From: Halobacteriovoraceae bacterium
GTDB lineage: Bacteria; Bdellovibrionota; Bacteriovoracia; Bacteriovoracales; Bacteriovoracaceae
Assembly (NCBI GenBank): GCA_963719505.1
Contig: CAVRCF010000001.1
Location: 224,001-288,000, forward strand
DNA length: 64,000 nt
Reading direction: 5' to 3'
In this document: positions 15,649-25,163 of the stretch, in pieces
Layout of the letters: each line of letters begins with the position of its first letter
How positions within the stretch are numbered: the stretch's first letter is position 1
Translations under genes and position numbers: made by a program
Notes under the pieces: generated by a model
The model's input: only the letters and a program-made list of their open reading frames with translations
The model's database searches: none
Told to the model about the DNA's origin: nothing

Positions 15649-16266
15649 TTATAACTCTTTGAGAACTCTTTTAATAAGCTCCTCCGAAGACTGAACTGAT
15701 TCATCAACACAAGACTGGATCGTCAGATCTATATCTTTATATCCCAAGCTCTCTAGTGCCATTCTCGCCTCAACGATTAGTTTTTTATTAGAATATAGAG
15801 CTGGTCGATCAATAGCATTAATCTGAGTAATATCTCCAGCATCCTCTGCTTCAGCCTCAGAGCTAAAGCTAAAGTGCTGACCAATCTTATCTTTTAGAGA
15901 AAGAATAATTTGCTCCGCCATTTTCTTCCCTATTCCGGGAGCTTTTGTCAGAACATTTACCTGCTCCAAGCGAATAGCTTCTATGAGAAAATCGCGTCCT
16001 ATATTAGTCACCAAAGGATAGGCTTTAGAGGAACCTACCTTATTAACGGTCTTTAAAAGCTCAAACATTTTTTTGTCTTCAATATTATTAAAGGCCCAAA
16101 GACTCTGGTCACTATCAGTAATATGGTGATGGGTATAAAGTCCTATATTAGTATTTGCCTGCAAAAAATATCCATAGTTCAAATCATAACCAATACCTTG
16201 ATTAGTAAGAATTAAAGCTTTTTTACCATCTGAGAAAAGTACTTTCCCTTGAACATATCCAATCAT
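15649..16266 (-). CDS. ruvA: Holliday junction branch migration protein RuvA
   Basis: MIGYVQGKV, HhH motif APGIGKKMAEQI, ALESLGY; between ruvC and ruvB. Confidence 0.95.
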   Translation of the reverse strand: MIGYVQGKVLFSDGKKALILTNQGIGYDLNYGYFLQANTNIGLYTHHHITDSDQSLWAFNNIEDKKMFELLKTVNKVGSSKAYPLVTNIGRDFLIEAIRLEQVNVLTKAPGIGKKMAEQIILSLKDKIGQHFSFSSEAEAEDAGDITQINAIDRPALYSNKKLIVEARMALESLGYKDIDLTIQSCVDESVQSSEELIKRVLKEL

Positions 16267-16806
16267 TTATACCTTATGTGCTAAAGAAGCTGCTAGTCCC
16301 CGAGCGCCCTTAGTCTTTTTTAAATTTGAAACTTTTGAGTTTTTATTAAGGATATGACAAAGAGCAATTGCTGCGGCATCACTTTCATCATGGGTTTTAT
16401 ACTCTCTTTTACCTAAAACCATATCCATAAATTTCTGCATGGACTCTTTATCGGCATGTCCATGCCCTGAAGCCGTTGCCTTCACTAAAGTTGGCGCGTA
16501 TTCAAATATTTTTCCCTGATACTTTTCTATGAAAGATGAGAGAATAATTCCTCGGGCTTGGGCCAGTTTAATGGCTGAAGATGGATTTTTAACAAAAATT
16601 AAAGACTCGAATGCAATCTCATCGGGATTAAACTTTTCAACGAGCTCATCTGAAAGAGTCTTGATTTGGGCCAATCTTTCCAAGAACGTTATCGAGCCAT
16701 CAAAACTCAAGACGCCAGAATCAATATAATTGACCTTTTTACCAACTGATTCTAATAGCGCCCAACCAGTATTAACTGAACCTGGATCAATTCCTAAGAT
16801 AAGCAT
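16267..16806 (-). CDS. ruvC: Crossover junction endodeoxyribonuclease RuvC
   Basis: ILGIDPGS, KLAQARG, EYAPTLVK, DESDAAAIALCH. Confidence 0.97.
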   Translation of the reverse strand: MLILGIDPGSVNTGWALLESVGKKVNYIDSGVLSFDGSITFLERLAQIKTLSDELVEKFNPDEIAFESLIFVKNPSSAIKLAQARGIILSSFIEKYQGKIFEYAPTLVKATASGHGHADKESMQKFMDMVLGKREYKTHDESDAAAIALCHILNKNSKVSNLKKTKGARGLAASLAHKV

Positions 16807-16820
16807 TTGTATATTCTAGC

Positions 16821-17096
16821 TCAGCGAATAAGGTCTGGAAACTTTCTAACAGTTCTATCTAAAAGATTTATGAACTTTTTCTCATCGGTATCCATTAGGT
16901 CGGCCAGAATTCTGTAGTGAGACAAGAGAAAGGATTTCTGACCAAGCTTAAAAAGTTGAACTGAGTGGGTTCTGCATAGAGCTATAGGAACAGGAGCTCC
17001 ATTATCGTCATACAACTGAGCCGTTTCAAGGGTCTCACCTTTTGGCGTTTGTTTTCCATAATGTTTGCAAATAGTACACTCGCTCTTTTTCGACAT
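16821..17096 (-). CDS. Small hypothetical protein, possible Zn-binding (CxxC...CxxH)
   Basis: ORF from MSKKSECTICKH... with LCRTH; co-oriented 14 nt upstream of ruvC. Confidence 0.65.
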   Translation of the reverse strand: MSKKSECTICKHYGKQTPKGETLETAQLYDDNGAPVPIALCRTHSVQLFKLGQKSFLLSHYRILADLMDTDEKKFINLLDRTVRKFPDLIR

Positions 17097-17223
17097 ATAA
17101 CGACCCACAGTTAAAGAGTTAACATCGTCTATTATACACTGAGTCTTAATTTTAATTAACCTAAAAGATTTCATGATTGGATTTTTCCCTATTAAATCTC
17201 AGCTATTTACGGTAATAAATGAT

Positions 17224-18093
17224 ATGTCCAAGCTTATAATCGCCAAACCAATTATTGAGGAAACTCTCGAAACTTTGAAAGAAAAGAGAGCTGAACTAGA
17301 AAACAAGGGTTTGAACCCCAAGATGAGTGTCATTCTAGTTGGTGATAACCCTGCAAGTCTCTCCTATATCAAAAATAAAAAGAAAATGTGCCAAAAGATT
17401 GGGGCTGATTTTAACCTGATAAAGCTTGATAAAAATATTAGCGAGAAAGAATTCTTAGAGCATGTGAATAAACAAAATTTGGACGACACGGTTACAGGCT
17501 GTTTTATTCAACTTCCTGTTCCACAGCACCTCAGACATCTTGATACGGCCACTCTTGTATCTTTTGAAAAAGATGTGGATGGCTTTCATTCAAAAACCTC
17601 TGTGGCGCTTTACCGCAACCAACAATGTAACCTCATTCCCTGTACTCCCAAAGGAATCGTCAAGCTTTTGAACTTTTACAATATTCCCATTAAGGGACAA
17701 GATATTACGATCATTGGTCGATCATTTATAGTTGGAAGACCTCTAAACCTCCTCCTTTCAAATCTCGATGCAACAGTGACTCTTTGCCACTCTAAAAGTA
17801 AAAATATTAAAGAACACTGCCAGCGAGCAGATATTATTATAAGTGCTGTTGGCTCTCCTAAGTATCTGGACAAAAGTTATATTTCTAGCACTAAGTCTCA
17901 AACCCTTATTGACGTTGGTATAAATAGAGATGACAGTGGACAATTATGCGGAGATATGGATTTTGATGCCCTCAACGGACAAGTTGAAGCCATCACCCCT
18001 GTCCCTGGCAGCGTTGGGCCAATGACAGTATTGTCTCTTATGGAAAACCTCATAAAAGCGACCGACGGAATACTTAAAACAAGGAACAAATGA
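17224..18093 (+). CDS. folD: Methylenetetrahydrofolate dehydrogenase/cyclohydrolase
   Basis: ILVGDNPASLSY, QLPVP, KDVDGFH, PCTPKG, GRSFIVGRP, TPVPGSVGPMTV. Confidence 0.97.
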   Translation: MSKLIIAKPIIEETLETLKEKRAELENKGLNPKMSVILVGDNPASLSYIKNKKKMCQKIGADFNLIKLDKNISEKEFLEHVNKQNLDDTVTGCFIQLPVPQHLRHLDTATLVSFEKDVDGFHSKTSVALYRNQQCNLIPCTPKGIVKLLNFYNIPIKGQDITIIGRSFIVGRPLNLLLSNLDATVTLCHSKSKNIKEHCQRADIIISAVGSPKYLDKSYISSTKSQTLIDVGINRDDSGQLCGDMDFDALNGQVEAITPVPGSVGPMTVLSLMENLIKATDGILKTRNK

Positions 18094-19164
18094 AAACTTC
18101 ACTATTCGAAATGCACAAAGAGCTAGGCGCAAAAATTGTGGACTTTGCCGGATGGGAGATGCCCATCCAGTACAAAAACCTAAAACAAGAGGTCATTGCC
18201 GTTAGAGAAAATTGCGGTATGTTTGACGTTAGCCACATGGGTGAATTTTTTGTCTCTGGACCAGAAGCTGTAAAATTTGTCGATGAACTAGTCACAAACG
18301 ATATAAAGAATGCTGAGCTATTAAAAGCTATCTACTCCCCGCTTTGCAGAGAGGATGGAACAATAATAGATGACCTTATTGTCTACAAACTAACCGCAGT
18401 CGAGCCTTATGATTTGTGTTAATGCCGCAAACATAGAAAAAGACTTTAATTGGATTAAGTCCAAGGCTAAAGGCTATGAAGTTGAACTCGTCAACAGATC
18501 TGAGGACTATTCACTTTTAGCCGTTCAAGGTCCAAACACCTTTAAAGCTTTAACATCCATTAACCTTGAGTTTGAACTCCAAGACATACCCTACTACTCC
18601 ATTCAAACAACTGATCTAAGTGCTACGACACCGGTTCTCTTTGCTAGAACAGGCTACACTGGTGAAGATGGTTTTGAGATATTCGGACCACACGATTATA
18701 TCAAGAAAATCTGGAGCCAATTAATTGAAGCTGGTGTTGAGCCCTGTGGACTAGGTTCTAGAGACGTTTTACGCCTTGAGGTTTGCTACCCTCTTTATGG
18801 ACATGAACTAAGTGACGAAGTCACGCCTCTTGAGAGCGGATTGAAATGGACTGTTAAACTGGATAAGCCAGCTTTCACAGGAAAAGAAACTCTTGCACTA
18901 AACAATATTAATTCACAACTGATAAAATTCTCCCTCGATAAAGGGATTCCCAGAGATGGCTATAAGATCCTGAACTCTAATAATGAGCAAGTTGGTACTG
19001 TCACATCTGGGACAATGTCAGTAAGCTTAAATAAAGGCATAGGTATCGCCAGAGTTAGCAAAGAAAAGTACAATAAAGATGAAAAATATGAAATTGAGAT
19101 TAGAAACAAATCTTTTCCAATCAACATCACAACAAAAGCATTTGTAAGCGGAGGACATAAGTAA
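18090..19164 (+). CDS. gcvT: Glycine cleavage T protein (aminomethyltransferase), one apparent frameshift near 18400-18410
   Basis: FAGWEMPIQY, GMFDVSHMG in ORF 18090-18422; VNAAN, RTGYTGEDGFEI, RDVLRLE, LYGHE in ORF 18409-19164. Confidence 0.93.
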
Positions 19165-19550
19165 TGAGTCAAATAGTTGAAAACCTTTTTTATACAGAAG
19201 ATCACGAGTGGATAAAAGTCGAAGGCAAAACTGCAAGTATTGGAATTACCGACTTTGCTCAAAATTCTTTAGGAGACATTGTTTTTGTTGAACTCCCAGA
19301 TATCGATAGCGAAGTTGAAGCAGGAAATACTTTTGGCGTAGTTGAATCGATAAAATCAGTGAGTGACTTATACACACCAATTAGTGGAAAAGTTGTGGAT
19401 AAAAATTCAAGTGTTGAGGAAACACCTGAATCTATTAACCAAAATGCATTTGAGTCATGGCTCATCAAAATTGAATTATCAGATGACACACAACTTGACA
19501 GTTTAATGACTGCAGAAAAATATAAAACATTCTGTGAAGAAAATTCCTAA
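19164..19550 (+). CDS. gcvH: Glycine cleavage H protein
   Basis: YTEDHEW, GITDFAQNSLGDIVFVELP, lipoyl motif VESIKSVSD. Confidence 0.97.
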   Translation: MSQIVENLFYTEDHEWIKVEGKTASIGITDFAQNSLGDIVFVELPDIDSEVEAGNTFGVVESIKSVSDLYTPISGKVVDKNSSVEETPESINQNAFESWLIKIELSDDTQLDSLMTAEKYKTFCEENS

Positions 19551-19567
19551 AAATTTTATAGTGCACG

Positions 19568-19590
19568 AAGCCGGCTCCTAGTCGGCTTTT
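19568..19590 (+). terminator. Intrinsic terminator after gcvH
   Basis: AAGCCGGC-TCCTA-GTCGGCTTTT hairpin. Confidence 0.6.
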
Positions 19591-19724
19591 ACAACTCAAT
19601 TTATTGATACAAAAAAAATTCATTATTACGCAAAACCCCTTTACGTAAAGATCAAATAGGTTCATATTAACCACTCGCTCAACACCGCTGGAAAATTTTT
19701 TAAAGCCCTAGGATATATAACTAA

Positions 19725-20012
19725 ATGGAATCTATTCAACTTCTAAATACAGCAATCATCAAAAGCAAAGAAAAGAAAATCGATAACTCTTATGAGGAAA
19801 GACTCAGCAAGATAAATAACTCACCTGCAATCGAAGTGATTAATAAATCTATTTCAATGTTGGCTGAATCACAAAAAATTTCAAGAGATCAAGCAGCTCT
19901 TCAAATTATAGAATCAATCAGAGAATTAGATTCTATCTGGACTGACTATGTAACAATGGAAGGTATTGATAGGTTGAAGAATCTTCTTAAAGGTAGCCCT
20001 AGTTCACACTAG
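19725..20012 (+). CDS. Small helical hypothetical protein
   Basis: 95-aa ORF with AGGA upstream and native-looking composition; no motif recognised. Confidence 0.7.
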   Translation: MESIQLLNTAIIKSKEKKIDNSYEERLSKINNSPAIEVINKSISMLAESQKISRDQAALQIIESIRELDSIWTDYVTMEGIDRLKNLLKGSPSSH

Positions 20013-20014
20013 AC

Positions 20015-20908
20015 TTACGTATTAACAACAAAACTCCACTTAATTTTTGCCTTTCCACCTTGAAGCATTTTGGCTGGTGGATTTGGAAATGGTCCTGCTT
20101 GATTAAAAGTTTCAATCGCAGCCTTATCCAGTTCTCGAATACCACTGGCTGACTTTATGTCCACCTTTACAATTTCACCGTTCTCATTGAGCTCAATTTC
20201 TAAAGCTGTAATATGATTGGTATCCGAAGCTAAAGATCTTCCAGACTTAAATATTTTATCAGCTTGATCCTGAATGTTTCGTCCCCAAAACTGCTCAAGC
20301 TTTTGTCTTATCCTGTGGTAGAAACCATAGAATTCAAATTCTTGGGTGTTTAGCTTGGTAAAGTCTCCTAGAGGAATATCTTCCAGATAATCGTTACTCT
20401 GCCCAAGCCCCTTAACTCCGCGTGTACCATTAACTAAGCCCTTTCTAGCCGCAGATATTGCTTTTTTATATTCTTTTTCTGAATACTCTTTCGTATTGGT
20501 TTTAAAACCTAGGTCTGAGAAGCTAACGACCTTTTTCTTATTCTTTAAGTTCTTTTGAGCCTTTTGACGAACGTCTGATCCGTCTCTTCTCCCAATACCT
20601 GCTGTTTTAAATTTTCCAGTATTAGCAGCTCTGGTTTGCCTATCAACGCTATTATCTTTCTCACCTAGAAAGGCTGTTTCTGCTTTTTTAAGATTATTTT
20701 TTTGCTCAGTCTGAACAACTTGTTGTTTAATTTTTGATTTGTAATTTTGAAGAAGCCTAAGCTTTACAATTTCTTCCACCTCTTTAGGAGGAGAATTGAA
20801 ATAGCTAATTGATGAAGTTTTCGAAATTAAGAGGCAACAATGTATAAACATTGAGACACATAAGAAACCAATTAATTTTCTATTTTTTGCAAGTCTAATC
20901 TTATCCAT
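20015..20908 (-). CDS. Energy transducer TonB-family protein
   Basis: N-terminal TM with SxxxH (VSMFIH); C-terminal TonB-like NENGEIVKV...SGIRELDKAAIETFNQAGPFPNPP. Confidence 0.88.
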   Translation of the reverse strand: MDKIRLAKNRKLIGFLCVSMFIHCCLLISKTSSISYFNSPPKEVEEIVKLRLLQNYKSKIKQQVVQTEQKNNLKKAETAFLGEKDNSVDRQTRAANTGKFKTAGIGRRDGSDVRQKAQKNLKNKKKVVSFSDLGFKTNTKEYSEKEYKKAISAARKGLVNGTRGVKGLGQSNDYLEDIPLGDFTKLNTQEFEFYGFYHRIRQKLEQFWGRNIQDQADKIFKSGRSLASDTNHITALEIELNENGEIVKVDIKSASGIRELDKAAIETFNQAGPFPNPPAKMLQGGKAKIKWSFVVNT

Positions 20909-20929
20909 GAAATACCGCCTACTGTGTTC

Positions 20930-20957
20930 GTATCGGTATTTCCGTAGGAATTTTTAG
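20930..20957 (-). promoter_or_regulatory. Putative sigma28 (FliA) promoter of the TonB gene
   Basis: CTAAA-N15-ACCGATAC versus consensus TAAA-N15-GCCGATAA. Confidence 0.6.
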
Positions 20958-20969
20958 ACCTTTTTGGGC

Positions 20970-23717
20970 TTACTGATTATTGTAGTAGTCATCGTCTTCA
21001 AAGATTGCCCCGGGAGCATCGCCATTGGCATCCACTGGCTCTTCTTTTTCAGCTCCAGGCTCTGTTCCTTCCACAAAAGACTCCATGATAACACCAGAAC
21101 CTCTTGAATTAACAGGTCTTCCAGTTTCTTTATCAATAGCTTGATTGAGTATTCCACTCGGTATTGAGAAGTCACTTTCACCATACTTTTTTATAGCTAA
21201 TCGCATATATTCTTTCCAGATGGGGAGGGCAGATTTTGCCCCTGTCTCTCCAAATCCCAATGTCCCATTGTCATCGAACCCAGTCCAAACGCCCGTCACA
21301 ACTCTGGATGAAAATCCTAAAAACCATGCGTCTACATAATTATTTGTGGTTCCAGTCTTTCCACCTAAAAAGGGGCTGACATCTCTTGCAGATCTTCCTG
21401 TACCATTTTGAACAACACCCTTAAGGAGATTCGTCATGATGTAGGCCAACCTTTGATCGTAAACTTGGCTTTCAGTGAGATTAACGTAGAAAGGATTTTC
21501 CTTTTCTTTTTTCTCTTCAACTACAGTCGCCTTTGGTTCAACCTCTACAATTTCATCAGAGGGCTCCTCTATAGCTACCGCTGCATCCTTATTTTCTTCT
21601 TTGTCACCATCATTCTGTTCATCCAAAGTATGAACCGTTCCATAGCGATCCTTGATGCTTAGTATTGATTTTAGTTTCACAAGGCGACCACCGTTTGGAA
21701 AAATGGAATATGTTTTCACAAGATCCAAAAGGTTCATTCCAAATGAGCCTAAAGACACGCTGAGGTCTTTTGGTAAATCTATATCCACTTTAAGTCTATC
21801 GACGAAAGAAATAATATTTGAAACTCCAATATCTTGAGTCAGTCTAATGGTTGGGATATTTCGACTCGTTTCCAAAGATCTTCTATAGGTCATCTGCCCT
21901 TTGAACTTCCCGTCATAATTTCTAGGCTTCCAACTTAGACTCTCATCTGCACCACCTAGTGCACTGGGTGAGTCTAACAAGGTCGACGCTGGTGTATAAC
22001 CATGCTCTAGGCCCACGGCGTAGAGAAGGGGCTTAAAGGCAGACCCAGGCTGTCTATTAGATTGAACGGCCCTATTAAATTGAGATTTTTGAAAATCGCT
22101 TCCCCCTACCATCGATATAATCTCACCGGTAAAAGGAGAAATTGACAATAGTGCCCCTTGAGCGTCTGGCTCTTGCTCTAAAGAGGCTAAGTAAAATTTC
22201 TGCTCTTTAAGCTTTGAAATAAACTCTTTGTTAAGATCAACTTTCTTAAACTCTGAGTAAATGCTCTCCCAAACAGGCCTTGGACTTCCCAGAACTTTAA
22301 TGAGGATTTTATCTCCCTCTTTCAACATGGTCGAAGGACGAGTCACGTATGACCAATAATGTCTTTCTTCATCTATTTTTCTGTCATGGGCCCAGCGAAA
22401 GTGCTCATAAGGAATCATCGCTTTTAATCCACCAGCAAAGGTGACGTAGATCATTCTTTGTAGGTTGTTTACCTTTGAGACAATAGCTTCAAAATTAGAG
22501 CCAATTTCGATAAGCTCATTCATCTTACTTTCTGAGTTATTTCCGGCTGAGTAGTATTTTCTATACCTTGGTTTAATCGTTTCTTCATCTTCAGCATAAG
22601 CTTCCAGTGATCTCTCAAGTTCACCTTCGGCAAACTCCAGCTCCTTTCGAACTGTTCCATCTTTGAAGAAAATGAAAAATTTTGAAGCGTCTGTAATAAT
22701 TTGTTTTCTTTGTACCTTAAGCTCTTCTAATATTTTTTCTTTTGTATCAAAATGAGCCAGAGGACCTTTATAACCTTGTCTTTTATCTATAGCGATAACA
22801 CCTTCAAGAACTTCTTTTTCAGCTTTTTTCTGAAGTTGCCAATCAAGTGTTGTTTGAATTTCGTAGCCATTAGAGAGAAACTCTTCGTTTCCAAACTTTT
22901 CAATGACTCTTTGGCGTATCCAATCTGTAAAATACCCGGCTTTCATAAGGTTTGGTTTTCTAAGCTGCATTGTAATGTCTTCGTTTTTTGCAGCCTCATA
23001 TTCTTCCTGAGTTATTTTTCCCGTCTTTACGAGTCGACCAAGAACATACCTTTGTCTTCTTTTTGCATACTTGGGATTAATATACGGAGAATACTTTCCA
23101 GGGGCCACTAAAAGACCTGCGACAAGAGCACTCTCAGCGATAGTCGCCTCTTCTAGCTCTTTACCAAAGTAACCTGAAAAGGCGGCTTTTACTCCGTAGT
23201 AACCACCACCTAAATAAACTTGGTTCAAATAAAGAAAAAGAATATCTTGTTTGGAAAATTTTTCTTCGATTTTTTTTGCTAGAAGGAGATCTTTAATTTT
23301 CCTTGTAAAAGTTCTCTCTGAAGAAAGAAGAAGAGACTTTGCCACTTGTTGAGTGATAGTCGAGGCTCCTTGGACAATACGCCCAGCTTTTATATTGATG
23401 ACCATGGCACGCATAATCCCCACGTAATCGACTCCTGAGTGATTATAAAAATTATCATCTTCTGCAGCTAAAAAAGAATCGACTACTCTTTTGGGAATAT
23501 TTTCAAAAGGGATCACTTCACGTTTTTCTTTGGATATCTCTAAAAGAACTTCTCCATCCTTTGACAGGATTCTCGAAGGTACTGGAGGTCTGTAGTCACT
23601 TAGGGAGTTGATTTGAGGAAGGTCAAATGAGATATAGACTATTAACCCCAAGACAAAGATTCCCGCTAGAAACCCCAATGAGCCTATGACCGCTATAAAT
23701 TTCATGAAATTTTTCAC
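20970..23717 (-). CDS. mrcA: Class A penicillin-binding protein 1A
   Basis: Glycosyltransferase motifs EDDNFYNHSG, GASTITQQVAK; transpeptidase SAFK, SRN, KTGT; OB-like insertion. Confidence 0.95.
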   Translation of the reverse strand: MKNFMKFIAVIGSLGFLAGIFVLGLIVYISFDLPQINSLSDYRPPVPSRILSKDGEVLLEISKEKREVIPFENIPKRVVDSFLAAEDDNFYNHSGVDYVGIMRAMVINIKAGRIVQGASTITQQVAKSLLLSSERTFTRKIKDLLLAKKIEEKFSKQDILFLYLNQVYLGGGYYGVKAAFSGYFGKELEEATIAESALVAGLLVAPGKYSPYINPKYAKRRQRYVLGRLVKTGKITQEEYEAAKNEDITMQLRKPNLMKAGYFTDWIRQRVIEKFGNEEFLSNGYEIQTTLDWQLQKKAEKEVLEGVIAIDKRQGYKGPLAHFDTKEKILEELKVQRKQIITDASKFFIFFKDGTVRKELEFAEGELERSLEAYAEDEETIKPRYRKYYSAGNNSESKMNELIEIGSNFEAIVSKVNNLQRMIYVTFAGGLKAMIPYEHFRWAHDRKIDEERHYWSYVTRPSTMLKEGDKILIKVLGSPRPVWESIYSEFKKVDLNKEFISKLKEQKFYLASLEQEPDAQGALLSISPFTGEIISMVGGSDFQKSQFNRAVQSNRQPGSAFKPLLYAVGLEHGYTPASTLLDSPSALGGADESLSWKPRNYDGKFKGQMTYRRSLETSRNIPTIRLTQDIGVSNIISFVDRLKVDIDLPKDLSVSLGSFGMNLLDLVKTYSIFPNGGRLVKLKSILSIKDRYGTVHTLDEQNDGDKEENKDAAVAIEEPSDEIVEVEPKATVVEEKKEKENPFYVNLTESQVYDQRLAYIMTNLLKGVVQNGTGRSARDVSPFLGGKTGTTNNYVDAWFLGFSSRVVTGVWTGFDDNGTLGFGETGAKSALPIWKEYMRLAIKKYGESDFSIPSGILNQAIDKETGRPVNSRGSGVIMESFVEGTEPGAEKEEPVDANGDAPGAIFEDDDYYNNQ

Positions 23718-23726
23718 TTGCTTCCT

Positions 23727-24650
23727 TTACTTGTTTTTCCACTTTTGAATTTTTTCAAAGGCTTTTTCCGACAGCTCTAAAGAGCGTTCCCTTACCGAAG
23801 CCAATTGGTCGACAAGGTTTGAGACTTTATCAATATTTTTATTGTTGACGTTAATTTGTTCAAAACCGGCTTTAGGATCACGACCGAAACCTCTCACTTT
23901 CCGATAGACTCCTAACAGATAGCCTGACGGTGCCGAAATTTTATCTTCGGCACCAAAAACAGAGTAGTAAAAGCTTAAATCAATACCCATTTGATTAACT
24001 TCTTTTCTATACGCCAGTGAAGGCCTAAGCAGAAAATTTTCATTGAGACGATTGAGATCGATGGCGTCAATAATATTTTGAGCAAGCGGCCCACTTTTCA
24101 AAAGGTGTACTTTTCTTCCTTTATAAGCCGGTATAATAACAATTATCTTTAATCTTTCCTGACGTTCCTCTTCAAATTCATCATTGATAAAGTCGGAAAC
24201 TGAATCCATCCAGTCTGAAGAGAAAGCCTCTTTATTTTTTAATTGGTTGAGTAATGAAAACATCTTAAAGTTAACTCTATTTGCACTTTCATACTTTGCA
24301 TAAAGAGCAGCCACGATTGAGTTGAAGCCGCTTGTTACAATTATTTTAGGTCTTACCCCAAGCCTCTCCATTTGATCGAGAAGCTCTATGTAAGCAAACG
24401 AGTTATAAAGTGCCGGGGCTAAATGTAGTGCAATGATTGGATTTTTTTCTATTTTTTTGTCACTGTCTTCAATCGGCACCGCCCCTTCGTTTAGTGGGCC
24501 ATAGACATTTTCTTTTGAATCTTTATCAGTAACTTTTGGCTTTGATGATGATTCATCTAAGTCAACGACGCTAATTTGATTATTCTTTCGACTTCTCGTT
24601 TGGCAAGATGAGATAAGTATCAATAGGAGGAAGAATGAAAAAAGTTTCAT
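23727..24650 (-). CDS. Lipoprotein with degenerate patatin-like domain
   Basis: Lipobox LISSC; segment IALHLAPALYNSFAYIELLDQMERLGVRPKIIVTSGFNSIVAALYA follows the patatin N-terminal pattern without catalytic motifs. Confidence 0.55.
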   Translation of the reverse strand: MKLFSFFLLLILISSCQTRSRKNNQISVVDLDESSSKPKVTDKDSKENVYGPLNEGAVPIEDSDKKIEKNPIIALHLAPALYNSFAYIELLDQMERLGVRPKIIVTSGFNSIVAALYAKYESANRVNFKMFSLLNQLKNKEAFSSDWMDSVSDFINDEFEEERQERLKIIVIIPAYKGRKVHLLKSGPLAQNIIDAIDLNRLNENFLLRPSLAYRKEVNQMGIDLSFYYSVFGAEDKISAPSGYLLGVYRKVRGFGRDPKAGFEQINVNNKNIDKVSNLVDQLASVRERSLELSEKAFEKIQKWKNK

Positions 24651-24871
24651 TTTTCTTCGTACTCTTCTTCCTCGAGACTTTCGGTCAAAACTTTTATCTT
24701 CTTTTCAGCGTCTACAAGAAAGTCTTTGCACTCGCTGTACATTTTTATTCCTTCTTCGAACATTTCGATGCTTTTTCCAAGAGGCAACTCACCTTTTTCT
24801 AAAGAGCCTACAACCTTCTCAAGTTTTTCTAATGTTTCTTCAAAGTTTTCAGTCTTAGTAGTTGAACCCAT
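24647..24871 (-). CDS. xseB: Exodeoxyribonuclease VII small subunit
   Basis: FEETLEKLEKVVGSLEKGELPLGKSIEMFEEG...C...L..AE. Confidence 0.95.
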   Translation of the reverse strand: MGSTTKTENFEETLEKLEKVVGSLEKGELPLGKSIEMFEEGIKMYSECKDFLVDAEKKIKVLTESLEEEEYEEK

Positions 24872-25094
24872 TAATCACCTTTTTTAAAATTTATTTTTCC
24901 AATTATCTTATCTATTGACTAATTTTGCCACACAAAAAACCTTGTAAGTCCCAGAAATTTAGTAAGCCTGACAACGAAACTCACTTAAAGGAAAATTTTT
25001 CGGTGAGGTGTCAATTTTTTGTTAAGATACGTTTATTCATTTCACGAATTCAGTTACTTGAGGAAGATGACACTTTTTTCCCGTGCTAATAATT

Positions 25095-25110
25095 TGGCGC
25101 AAGAGTTGAT
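25095..25110 (+). promoter_or_regulatory. Putative sigma54 -24/-12 promoter of flg operon
   Basis: TGGCGC-AAGAG-TTGAT, correct GG-N10 spacing but GA instead of GC at -12. Confidence 0.5.
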
Positions 25111-25163
25111 AAACTCTTTATGTAGAAGATTAGGAAGATTTTCTATAATGTCAGGAGGACAGT

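Noticed and set aside
18390-18422. gcvT programmed frameshift or pseudogene
   Set aside because: Single indel without a slippery heptamer; both halves are well conserved; likely a residual consensus error.
18090-19550. Glycine cleavage system lacking gcvP
   Set aside because: gcvP is often encoded elsewhere; absence cannot be judged from one window.
24647-24871. xseB without xseA
   Set aside because: The two subunits are frequently unlinked.
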